NCBI RefSeq assembly: GCF_048593235.1
Contig: NC_133618.1
Coordinates: forward strand, 178,029,162-178,093,161
Reading direction: 5' to 3'
Length of the DNA: 64,000 bases
Source: Sminthopsis crassicaudata
Taxonomy: Eukaryota
The notes beneath the pieces are model-generated. The model did no database searches, had not been told where the DNA came from, and saw only the letters and a program-made list of their open reading frames with translations. Shown here in pieces: positions 38,131 to 49,862 of this stretch. The first letter of the stretch is position 1. The number at the start of each line of letters is the position of its first letter. A program made the position numbers and the translations under genes.

Positions 38131-39191
38131 AACATGAGGCCTTTCCATTTAGTTTCCTCCATTCAAACAAGGTGAGCTTATATATATTCAACAGCAACAA
38201 TGAATGCTGGTGAAAGCCATGCAGATGGAGTTTGGGAGCTGGGATGTGACAATAGTGAGAATCAAAGGATGATGACATATTGGGAAGGAAAACTGAATAT
38301 TGTTTAGAAGAATCACAATGCTTATGAGGAATATATGACAATGATAATAGGGTCTTTGAGGAATAACAGAAATGTGTTGAATCAGATTTCCTTTGAGATA
38401 TTTTCCAATTCTTAAATTGTTTTATTCTTTGCCAGAGAGGGACCAATGAAAGCGTGATAAGGTGGAGAATGGGGGAAAAGATATAAGATCCAGAACTCTG
38501 ATATAGAAAGTGAATTTTGAATACTTCCCCTTAAAAAGGCCTCAGCCAACATACTAATGTAAATAATAAATAATGTGCAGGTTCTAGAGGAAGGTGAAGA
38601 TCCTGGAAAAAGGACTAACCTACCATGAATCTTTGTTGATACAGACTTTGAGTGCTTTCTTTGTATTATTGTATTTTATTGTATAAATGAATTAATCAAC
38701 AAACATTTGTCAAGTGATTAATATGTGTCTTGACATTTTGCTAGAAATTGAAAATATAAAGATTAAAAAAACCCTTGATCTCAGGGAGTTTCCATTTTAT
38801 TGAAGATAGCAACATATACATTTATAAATATATTATACAAAATACAGAATGATTTAAAGAGGAAGAGAGGATGGTAGTAGTTGAGACCAAGAAATGAAGA
38901 GAGTATATATGAATGTAGGTTTTATCTGGAAAATGAGACAGATTAATGAGATTTTGAGCCTATAATCTTGGTGGCAAGTTAGAGATACTGGCCTTTCTGG
39001 ATTTTACTTCAATAGGGATAAAATAGGCCAGACAGAAATTGAGAAACCAAAAAGTGCCTCTAGAGTTTTTATCAGGAAGGAGTCTGACATGGGGTCACAT
39101 TCCAGAAATAACCCACTGAACCTTGACAATAATAGGATGTATGAATGGTTGATTCCATTTCTCACAGTGAAAGTTGTCTTGCTGGGTCATG

Positions 39192-39316
39192 CTATTTTTT
39201 TAAGTAGCAACAGTACATACTTTGCCTACAGAGTCCAGTGGCTATTTCTTCAATTTTACATTTTTTGCGACATTTTCCACGCCCAAGTCTGCATGTGGCA
39301 CAGATCCCATAGGCAC
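39192..39316 (-). CDS. DEFB105: Beta-defensin 105 orthologue, exon 3 (mature peptide)
   Basis: Acceptor (T)39 ggtgcag|GT GCC. Translates (G)AYGICATCRLGRGKCRKKCKIEEIATGLCRQSMYCCYLKK*. The extra N-terminal CxxC and LGRGKCRK match human DEFB105 as I recall it (GEFAVCESCKLGRGKCRKEC...). Confidence 0.93.
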
Positions 39317-39322
39317 CTGCAC

Positions 39323-39365
<43 letters not shown>

Positions 39366-39879
39366 CTGAGGTCAGACATTGACACTTTTCTAAGGTGCTG
39401 AAATTGATTGATTAGGCAGGAAAGAAGGAAATCCATACAATCATTGCCATGCTCAAGAAGGGTTCACAGTCTGCACTGAATGCATTGGGACCTTCAAAGC
39501 TACTAAGGGAGAAGATGATATGGGCAGCTAGGTGTCAGACTGGATAAAGCACTGGGCCTGGAGTCAGGAAAATGAGTTCAAGTTTGTTCTCAGACAGTTA
39601 TTAGCTTTGTATTCCTGAACAAAGTTTGCCTCAGTTTCCTCATTTTAAAAAGGAAATGGCAAGCCACTTTAGTGACTTTTCCAAAAAAAACCCCATATGA
39701 GGATCAGAAAGTGTCAGAAACAACAATAACAAAAAGACAAAATAGTTTTTCCTTTTCTTGAAGCTTATCCTTTGATGATGGTAGAGAAGGTGAATAAAAG
39801 TTAAAATGCTATCAAACTTAAAGAGCAAAATCAAACAATGATCATCTACCTAGGTCTAGCTTTTAAGATGTCTATAACA

Positions 39880-40029
39880 GGTGCAGCTAGGTGGCACAGT
39901 GGATAGAGTACCAGCCCTGAATTCAGGAGGACCCAAGTTCAAATCTGGTCTCAGATACTTAACACTTCCTAGCTGTGTAACCCTAGGCAAGTCACTTAAC
40001 CCCAGCCTCAGAAAAAAGGAAAAAAATAA
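39880..40029 (+). mobile_element. WSINE1-type young SINE in DEFB105 intron 2 (antisense to the gene)
   Basis: gcagctaggtggcacagtggatagagtaccagccctg... with an A-rich tail and a 15-bp TSD AAGATGTCTATAACA at 39865-39879 and 40030-40044. Confidence 0.92.
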
Positions 40030-42492
40030 AAGATGTCTATAACACCTACAAAATTTGCAGAGAAGTGAAAGGCAGTCATTTAAAAAAAAAAAAGCATTAA
40101 GTAAGAAGAAAATCATATAATTTGGAATTTCAGCAAATGGGAAAAATTTGTGATGGAATCTAGTTTGGTATAAGAAGTGATGAGCAGTATGCTCTCAGAA
40201 GAACCTGGATAGACCTGTGAGAACTGATACAAAGTGAAACAAGCAGAACAAGAACATTGTATATAGTAATAGCAATACTGTATAATCATCAACTGTGAAT
40301 GAATTATTATTATTAGCTATTCTGAGCAATACAATGATTCAAGATAATTACAAAAGATCTATAATGAAAAAATGCTGTCTGTCTTCAGAGAAAAACTAAT
40401 AGAATCAGAATGCAAATTGAAGCACACTTTTAAAATTTTCTTTGCTTTCTTGTTTTTAAATCAGTTTTCTTTTGCAGCATGACTAATATTTGAAATATGT
40501 TTTTGTGACTGAATATGTATAGACTATATCAAATTTTATGCTTCCTCAAAGGAGAGGAGAAGGAAAGAAAAAGGGGGAAAGAATTTGAAACTTAAAATAT
40601 TTTTTAAAAAAAAGAATGTTAAAATTCCTTAGGTAACTGGAAAAAATAAAATTAAAAAAGATGCCGTTAATTCTTCCTATTGGACCTAGATGCCAAAGGG
40701 TATGAATTAAGAAGTGGTAGGCCTTGGAGGTAGTGACAAGAGATACAGGAAAAAATTAGGTTTCAGGAAGAACTAGAAGACAAAAAGAATGTATAAGTAA
40801 GAATATGAAAAACCACAAGATCTAGGAGAATAGATGTAGAGCAGGGAAAGACCTCAGAGTTTAATTCGTCCTGCCTCATTTTACAGATGAGAAAACTCAG
40901 ATCTATAGAAGTTATTTATCCAAGGTTATATGGATAGTAAGTAGTAGCATTGAAATTTGACCTAGGGTCCTCTGATTCTTAAGCTGAAGATTCTATTATT
41001 TTATTACAATAGAATTCCAGAGTGCATAGGGGAAAGAGTTGGTGGAGGAGAATAGCCACTAAAAAGGAATAGGACTGGATTTTTTTCTCTATGAGGAGGA
41101 ACAGCAGCCTTAGTTTAACTTATTCACACTCATTGATACCCTAATCTTTGATTTCTATCAGGTTAAAGTTTAAAATAGTAACAAAACCACATATTCAATG
41201 TTTCATCAAAAATTCCATTTGGGAAGAAGTATTGTCCAGGATCTTAGAATAGGAGATAGAGAGCTGCCTTCCCCTTCCTCACTTTGACTACATAGCATCA
41301 ATAAATTGTTGACAAATAATCAATCTTGAGTGCTAAATTATTTGTTCTTAATTTAACTGGATCTTCTTATGGCCATAGTAGTGGATTATACTAAAAGCCA
41401 AAAAGACTTGAATTCAAATCCCATTTTTAAGAATTATTATGTCTATGGTCTTTGGCAAATCACTTAATCACTCTGATTCCAAATCTTCATGGTCTCTTAT
41501 AGTTCTCATTTTTATCATCTCTTACTATATAAAACTCTATAACATAAATCTTTACCTCTAAACCTAAATCTGAGCTCTACCCTAAACCTATAGCTCGAAA
41601 TCTGTAACCTGGAAACAGGAAATCTGACAGTCATCGATTATATTTCCCACATGCAGCTGATCCACTTTCACTAAGGGCATGGATTTGAAATTAATTTATC
41701 TTTTTTTTCAAGACTGTGAGAATCTTACACTCGAATCACCTATATTCTCTTGTTTAGTTTTCTTGGTGACCACTGGTATTCACTTACAATGGCTAGATAT
41801 GCAGAGGAGCTTATGACTGTGCAGTAGACACTTTTCTTTCCTGAAATGTTAAATGCTTGATGTGGGGATGAAGACTGGTTAGCATTATGTCCTATTTAAT
41901 TAAGCAAACTAGTCTAGATTACCAGAGACAAGTCATGGACTAAGGAATGAAGGGACTATTATGTGGAAAGTGGCATAAGATAACAGCTAGGTAGAGAGCA
42001 ACAGGTGGGGAATAGGAAGATGGGAATAGTAGACTGGGGAAAGAAGAATGATTTGGACTTTCCATTATGTGATTTTCTCTTTGCCTCTAAACTGCCGCAA
42101 GATAGCCTTTTTATGGCTCTAACAGTTTTCTAAACTTCTATACTCAAGGTCAGGAAGACTTCCAATACTGTGGTGTAGTGGAAAGAGAGATGGAAAGCTT
42201 AATTCAAAACTGCCCCCAGTATTTATGTGATCCTGGATAAGCCATGTATCTCCCTTCTTGCCTTAATTCCTCAATCTATAGAGGGAAGTAGTAACACTTG
42301 GATGTGATGCTGGCTAAACCATTTAATAAAGCTTTCCCTACTCTCTCTGCTTCTTTTCTATAATATATAAAGGGAATTGAAAATAGGGAATAGGCTTGTG
42401 GCAGGGAAAGTGCTTTATAAAATTTATTGAATTATAAAATGTGTGAATTATCACCATTGAGATTTAAGGAATAGGGAAACCTGGGAACTTAC

Positions 42493-42534
42493 CTTCTGAA
42501 ACCAATGGGTGATCTGGAAGTCCTGCTTCATAAC
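42493..42534 (-). CDS. DEFB105: Beta-defensin 105 orthologue, exon 2 (42-nt propiece exon)
   Basis: cttttgactttag|GTTATGAAGCAGGACTTCCAGATCACCCATTGGTTTCAGAAG|GTAAGT reads (G)YEAGLPDHPLVSE(G). It is symmetric phase 1-1 and parallels human GCQAGLDFSQPFPSG as I recall it. Confidence 0.9.
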
Positions 42535-43212
42535 CTAAAGTCAAAAGCAAATGTTTGTGGCAATTCCAAAAGTTTGTTTGGCACAAATTGGGGTGGGATG
42601 AGGAGGGAGAGAATATCCTATATTATATGACTTATCCCTACTCTGACCCTGGCACGTCTGAATTTAAGGTTCAAGTCTAATTCTGGTTAGAGAAGTACAG
42701 ACTTGACCTTAGAACAGACAAGAAGAATGAGAGATCTGTTTTGGTCAAGATTATCTATCCATAGAGCACTTCATCTGTTTTTTTAAAAACAAATGATATG
42801 CTTGGGGGCAACTTGAAGTTGTTGAACTTCCTTCCTCTATCCCATTTTCATTTTTTTTTTTTCCAAGTGCTTGAGCTACTGAGGATCAATTCTATGCCCT
42901 ATAATATATCAGTATAGGACTCCTATGAGATCAACTAGGACCATTTACCTGGTCTAATGAGAGTTTCTTTGAATAAGTAAGAACAACTTTTCAATATTAA
43001 TCATAACATCACAGAACCAAAGCTAGAAGGGGGCCTTTTAGAATTTTTAGAAAATAGAGACCCAGAGAGGGATTCAGAGATTTGTCCAGGAATAGGCAGA
43101 GAAGTAAGCAACAGTGGCAGGATTTGAATCCAATGTACTGATGCTAGAATCACTACTTTTTTCAGTGCCCTTTGCCCCACCAGGATTTCCTGAGCGAGTG
43201 AAGTTCCTTTAC

Positions 43213-43273
43213 CTGGGAGAATTTGAATCAGAATGTAGATGATAGCAAAGTTTAAGGAAAGGATTCTCTGCAT
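43213..43273 (-). CDS. DEFB105: Beta-defensin 105 orthologue, exon 1 (signal peptide)
   Basis: gccATG; 61 nt encoding MQRILSLNFAIIYILIQILP+G, donor GTAAAG. The three exons total 228 nt, a 75-aa precursor. Confidence 0.9.
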
Positions 43274-43363
43274 GGCTGAGGGTAGAGACAGGGCTGATGT
43301 GAAGAGGAATCAGCAGAACAGATGAAGACTAGGCTCCCTGGGAAGTAAATAAAAGGTGCCTTC

Positions 43364-43370
43364 TTTTATA
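43364..43370 (-). promoter_or_regulatory. TATA box of DEFB105
   Basis: TATAAAA on the minus strand about 90 nt upstream of the ATG. Confidence 0.75.
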
Positions 43371-46310
43371 TTTGTAGTGGGGAGTAGAGAGAGGTTTGGA
43401 ATGATGATGTTTAATGAAGTGCAACGGAAGGAAGCACATTTCTATGCTCCATTGCCAAGGTCAAATGAGGGTCATTAAGAATTGAGCAATATTTTGTCTC
43501 AGCCCAGTGCTTTCCATTTCCTCACTGGTGAGCTCAAAAATTCATTGTTGCTTTGAAGAAATCACATATCCCTTACGGGTAAACCTCAGTTTATTCATTT
43601 GTCAAATGTTGGGCTTGGACTAGAAGATCTTCAATAATTTGTAATAGTGTAAACATATTGAGAACAAAAGTTTGAGAACCACTGCTCTAGATCAGTTATT
43701 TTCAGGTTCTCTTGAGATATGTCACTGGTATGATATGTTCTCATGGAGTTTCAGACCAATCCCAGTAAAAATTATGACAATTTTGCTCTCTTCTTTCCTT
43801 TCTGCTTATTCCACAATACTCACATTTCCCGTTTCCATTAAATGATGAATTTATTCAAAAATATTTATTGATCTCTAGTATGTATTGGGCATTGAAAGAG
43901 ATATAGAAATCAATGAGACAGGATTTCTAATTACTCAGAATTTATATTTATGGGCTCATTCTTCTCTTTTATCATTCTCTTATCACCTCATTTCCAAAGT
44001 TTCATCTATTCTATCTCCACATTATCCTTTGGGTCCATCTCCTTCTACTCATAGATCTACTAACTTGAATTCCTAACCACATATTGCCTCTTTTCTGATT
44101 GGTTCTAATAGCCCTTCTACATGACATTTCTGACTCTATCTTCCCCCTTTTGCAATCCACCTTCCATTTAGCTCCCCAAATAGTCTTTCTGTGAAAGACT
44201 CTTCTCCTGAAAATTCTTTAGCAGCTCCTGCTAACAGAATTTTATGGTATCAGTCTCTAAACAATAGCTGGAGCTATCAAAGTAGGCCTAGAAACAGGTT
44301 TTTTAGAAATCAGTAGTGGTTTAATTATTTTATTTCAGAATGAGGAATGGTTTACAGAGTGCTTGGCAAATTGAAAGCTCTATTGGGAAGGAGACTATAT
44401 CTGTTTTAGTAAAGGTAGAGAGAGAGTTTATACAGAAATTATAAGTGGAAAGGAAGGGGAAGGTGCATTACAATACAATCTTTTCTAGGGTCTTAGCAGT
44501 TTCCAATGAGAAGTCCACCAATGAGAAGACCATACAATAATTTGTTTGATTGTTTCAAATCTTGAGGATTGTGACAACACCAGGGCACAGAACCAGAGTT
44601 CTGTGACTGACACAGTTATCAAGTTAGTCCTTCATTCATTTCATTTATTGAATATAGGTACAATAGAACATAAGAATGTAGCCATTGTTAGAATGATTGA
44701 TAATTTTAAGCTGCATGGAGAGTTTCTTGCTCCCAAGTCAGAAAAGGCAGCTCCAAGGAATCTAAATGATTAGTATATTCATTACCCATTACCCATAAGC
44801 CTTTTTACACTTTCAAATGTCTCTGGATAAAATATCAACTTTTGGTGTAGAATTTAAGACTCTTTACAATGTGGCCTTCCATTATCCTAAAAGCATAATC
44901 TCAAACTGATACCCTTCATGAAAACAAACTATGGTGTAGCTAAATGAACCTACTGATTGCTACTTGAACTTGATATACTCTAAATTCCTAGACCTTGGTA
45001 CAGAATAGCCAGAATACTGTGAGACCATGACTGGATATTCTGTCACTAGGAAAGAAGAATGGCAAATGAGAGCTCACCTAATGCAAAAGTTTGCAGCGCT
45101 TCATCTTCTTGAGTTCAAATCTGCTCTCAAACCCTTACTAACTGTATGACTTTGGACAAGGCATTTACCCATATTTCCTCATCTATAAGATGAATTGGAG
45201 AAGGAAATGACAACCCAAGTATTTTTGCCAAGAACATTTCAAATGGTGTCATGAAGAGTACGACATGATTAAAAGGATTAAAATTTTGATGCTCAAAATT
45301 TTGGGGCTCTAGGGCAAAGACATGACTACTCTATCTTAGTTATGTATAGTTCTAAGACACACTGCCTTAATCTGACAATACATCACAGAACATTTGCAAA
45401 AGCTTCCTGCAAAGCATGGAACACGCTTTATTCTGATCTTTGCCTTTCATGATTCTTTACTTAACATATTACTGCTTTTTGGGAAAATGAAAATCTGATT
45501 TCTACTGAAAACCCAGAGCAGGCAAGGCTCCTGAAGCATTGACATAACAGTAAATAGACAGACTGAATGTTGAACTGGTGACCTACTTAATCTATATTTA
45601 TCTATATCCTCTTTGAAGGTCACAAGGAATGAATGACAGACAAGATTGGCACAGAACTACAGGATCATTGATTAGATTTGGAAGAAATCTTTGAGGTCAC
45701 AGTCCAATTTTTAAAATTTATAGATGATGAATTGAGGTCTAGATAAATTAATTGATTTGTTCAAAATCATCCATGTGCTAAATTGCACAGCTGGGATTAG
45801 AACCCAAGTTCTCCTACCCAAAGGGGATCTTTTCCACAGTTCTACACATATTCTCTATACTACTTGAAGATTGAATGCCCATATATATGATTTTCCTATT
45901 TCATAAAATAGAGAAGACAGCTAGAAAGCATAGTGGGTAAAGCCCCACACCTAGAGTCAGGAAGATTCATCTTCTTGAGTTCAAATATGTTCTCAAACTC
46001 TTACTAACTCTATAACTCTGGATAAGTCACTTACCCACATTTGTCTCAGTTTCCTCATCTGTAAAATAAACTGAAGAAGGAAATGGCAACCAAGTGTCTT
46101 TGCCAAGAACATCTCAAATGGGGTCATGAAGAGTATGACACAATTGAAAGGATTAAAAAAATAACAACAAAAAGGAAGATGCAATCACCTTCCCCATAGG
46201 TGAATCTCTAATGATGAATCTTTAGATATTGTTATTGAGATCTGGGAGATATTTAGGGGATTACTAGTAAGTTGTGTAGAGTCAATCATAGTATGAAGTT
46301 GCCTTTCTTT

Positions 46311-46448
46311 TTTTTGTAAGGCAATTGGACATAAATAACTTGCCCAGGGTCACATAGCTAATAAGTGTTAAATGTCAGAAGCTAAATTTGAACTCAGGAC
46401 CTCTTGATTTCAGTGCTGGTATACTATCCACTGTGCCATATAGCTGCC
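46311..46448 (-). mobile_element. WSINE1-type SINE
   Basis: Reverse complement of the WSINE1 head and body (aacttgcccagggtcacatagcta...atccactgtgccatatagctgccc) with a T tail. Confidence 0.8.
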
Positions 46449-47862
46449 CTTATCATCTAAATTCTTAGGTTGACCTTGCGATGTTGTCATCACATGAAAC
46501 TAGAAATGAAATTACTAATTTTGCCACCAAATACTGCTCTTACTTTATCCTATGTGTTACAATGGGGTTCTGGGAAGCAGAAAGATGAGAGAGAAAGTTC
46601 CAACATTGGGTAATTGAAGTAGTGCTTACTATGTTCACTCAAGGATCCTGCTTTTCTTTTTTGGTAAATAGTATTTTCTCTTTTCCCAATTACATGTAAA
46701 GATAATTTTTAAATATCCATTTAAAAATTAAGATTTTGAATTCAAATTTTTCTCCCTTCTTCTCTCCTTTCTCCCTTTCCTAAAACAGCAAGCAATCTGA
46801 TATAGCTTATACATGAGCAATCAGGTAAACATCTTTCCACATTAATCATGTTGTGAAGGAAAAAATAGAGCAAAAGCAAAAAGCCACAAAAACAACAAAA
46901 AAGTGAAAGTAGTATGCTTTGATCTGTATTCAGATTCTTAATTTTTTCTTTGAATGTGGATAGCATTTTCTATTCTGACTTCAAGTGCTTTTCTTTAGGA
47001 TTTAATTAGTTCAAATAATTAGGAATAACCTAGCATATAAATACTTTAAAATATTTTCTTTTTAAAAAGTACATTTAAAAACAATTTTTAACATTTGTTT
47101 TCTTAAATTTTGAGTTCCAAATTTTCTGTTTCTTTTTCTCTCTTCCTCCTCCCCGAGAAGACAAGAACTTGATGTAGATGATCAGTCATGTAAAACATAT
47201 TTTTATGTTAGTCATATTATGAAAGAAAACATATTTCATTAAACAGAAGTCAATGGATGGATGACTGTCTCAGGAAAAAGAATGAGTAGGAAGAGGAATC
47301 AAAGTCTCCTTTGATTTCTCAGCCAAAAATCCTAAAGTGCCTATCCCTTCCTAGAAATGTTATTTGGCTTTAGAAAAGTTTGAATTCAAAGAATCAGTAT
47401 TAATTCTATTTCCCAAAGATCATGAAGTTGATAGAAGCCCACAAACACAAATTTGGATTTGTATTACTTTATTAATCTTTATTCTCTTAGGAAAGAAATG
47501 AAAAAAAAGTTTTTAAAGTCTACATTCTGGATTTTTGTTTAAATGCCTTAGATCAGCCATTCATTCATTCAATATGTACTTGTTTATTAGGCACCATGAA
47601 CTGAGGAGGTAAAGAAAAAAGTAAATCTGCTTTCAAAGGACTTACATTTTTTCAGAGAAAAATAATATGGATACAGATAAGAAAACAAAAAAAAAAATTG
47701 AATGCAAAGTAATTTCCAGTGATGAGAGTCAGGAGAGCACTAGCAACTTGTGGAATCAGGACAGGGTTCTTGATATTGTTATTGGTTTTATTTATTTTTT
47801 TAATTTAAAAATATTTTTTCCACTTACAAGTAAAAACAATTTTCACCTTCATTTAAGCAATC

Positions 47863-48208
47863 NNNNNNNNNNNNNNNNNNNNNNNNNNNNNNNNNNNNNN
47901 NNNNNNNNNNNNNNNNNNNNNNNNNNNNNNNNNNNNNNNNNNNNNNNNNNNNNNNNNNNNNNNNNNNNNNNNNNNNNNNNNNNNNNNNNNNNNNNNNNNN
48001 NNNNNNNNNNNNNNNNNNNNNNNNNNNNNNNNNNNNNNNNNNNNNNNNNNNNNNNNNNNNNNNNNNNNNNNNNNNNNNNNNNNNNNNNNNNNNNNNNNNN
48101 NNNNNNNNNNNNNNNNNNNNNNNNNNNNNNNNNNNNNNNNNNNNNNNNNNNNNNNNNNNNNNNNNNNNNNNNNNNNNNNNNNNNNNNNNNNNNNNNNNNN
48201 NNNNNNNN
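47863..48208. other. Assembly gap (346 N)
   Basis: Run of N inside an old L1 3'-type fragment. Confidence 1.
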
Positions 48209-48689
48209 CTAGCTTTTCATTGGAGAGGGATAGAGCTTTTCATCATAGATCCTTCAGAATTGCCTTGGTTCTTTGTATTGCTAGAATAGTTAAGTCATTT
48301 ACAATTTATCATTGTACAATATTGTTATTACTTTGTATTATAATCTCATAGTTCTGCTTCTTCCACTTTGCATTCGTTTATGTAAGTCTTTCCAGCTGAA
48401 AGCATCTTACTTATTGTTTTTTTTGTAACACAATAATATTTCATTACAGTCATACACTACAACTTGTTTACCCATTCTCCAATACACGAACATTCCTCTG
48501 ATTTCCTATTCTTTGCTGCTACAAAAAGAGTAGCTATAAATATTTATTAAGCATTTAAAGTGTTGTATTCTAAGGAGGTAAATACAAAGAATAGATAGTC
48601 CCTTATTTTTAAGGAGCTTTTATTCTAATGAGGGTGACAAGAGACTATCCAAGTAGTCACTGAATTCCTTATAAAAGCTTTTACAATTA

Positions 48690-49862
48690 TGGTTGTGCTA
48701 CAAGCAATAAAAACAGATAATGGACCTGCATATACTTCTAAACATTTTGCACACTTTTGTGCACAGTATAAGGTTTTATACACCACTGGCACACCCTTTA
48801 ATCCTCAAATACAGGCAATAGTAGAGAAGAGAAACTTCAAGGTGCTCCTCCAAAAACAAAAGAAAGGGGGAGCCACAGGCAACCCTAGAGAACTTCTAAA
48901 TTTAGTTCTCTATACTATTAATTTTTTGATTTTTGATAAAGATGCACTGGCTCCGGCAGACAGGTTTTATCATCTGCTGGAAGGGAAGTGTCCAGTGTGA
49001 GCAGCTCCATTATCTAAAGATAGTGGATGATGTAGAGAGATCCAGAAAGTGGTGAATGGATGGTTCCATTTGTGACTACAGGCACCACTGAAAGAGCAAG
49101 GCTGTTAACCCTATGAATATGGCAATTGACTTATGAACATCAAAAATTGTTGATGAGACTACTACAGGACTTCAAAATCTGCAGGAATCATTGGATTCCC
49201 TGACACAAGATGAGACTGTTGCAGGCTTTCAAAACTTACATCAATCATTGGATTCCCTGATACTTAAGTAATGGACAATAGATTGATTTTGGATTTGGCT
49301 GCTGAAGGAGGTGTATGTGTGATTGTTATTTATATACCCTCCTTCTATGACTTATGGACATGTATAATTCCTCATGTTGATTCATATTGTTTGTTACATC
49401 ATTACCAGCCTGTGTTATATTACTATGTGCTTGTGTAATACTTCCCGTGCTGATGGATTTAGGTATATCTGTTTTAAGTAAGACCCTTCAGCCCAGAGGA
49501 AACCTGCTAACAATATCTGGTTTGGTGTTCTCACCTTCCTGAGAAGGCAGGGAGGGTGGAATCACTCCCTTTTTTTGTTTGTGCTTTCACCTCCCTTCCT
49601 GTGAAGTCGGGGAGGGTATGATCACTTTCTTTTTTTTGGTATTCTCACATCTCTTCCTGAGAAGTCAGGGAGGGCTTGACCACCTGTGTTCTAAAACAAA
49701 AGAAAGCAGGAGATCTAGAGGCCTGAACTCTGGAGATGTATACTTGAAATAAAGTATTAACTCAGTGGAATTGATGAGATAAAGATTATCTAGTTCACAT
49801 ATATCTAGTATGCTATAATGATATAATCAAGACTACGACAGAAAGCTAGCCCGAACATTACA
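48690..49862 (+). mobile_element. 5'-truncated, internally deleted ERV: class II integrase core, env TM remnant, PPT and short 3' LTR
   Basis: ORF 48689-49000 (IKTDNGPAYTS...TGTPFNPQIQAIVEK) is a beta-type integrase. 49143-49330 gives ...QNLQESLDSL...VMDNRLILDLAAEGGVCV (TM/ISD). PPT aaaacaaaagaaagcaggaga lies near 49693-49713, and the LTR runs about 49714-49862, ending ttaCA. Confidence 0.85.

Noticed and set aside
41786-41841. Possible 53-nt cassette exon in DEFB105 intron 2 (catttcag|...|gtaagt on the minus strand)
   Set aside because: Weak polypyrimidine tract and frameshifting length; such AG/GT pairs are common by chance.
46480-46590. ATKYCSYFILC, reminiscent of DEFB131 AIRYCADFSICC
   Set aside because: Only two Cys, no in-frame acceptor, and sandwiched between a SINE and an L1 fragment. 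Too weak without an HMM score.
47667-48212. ORFs running through N gaps (also 61636-61995)
   Set aside because: Artefacts of translating N as X.
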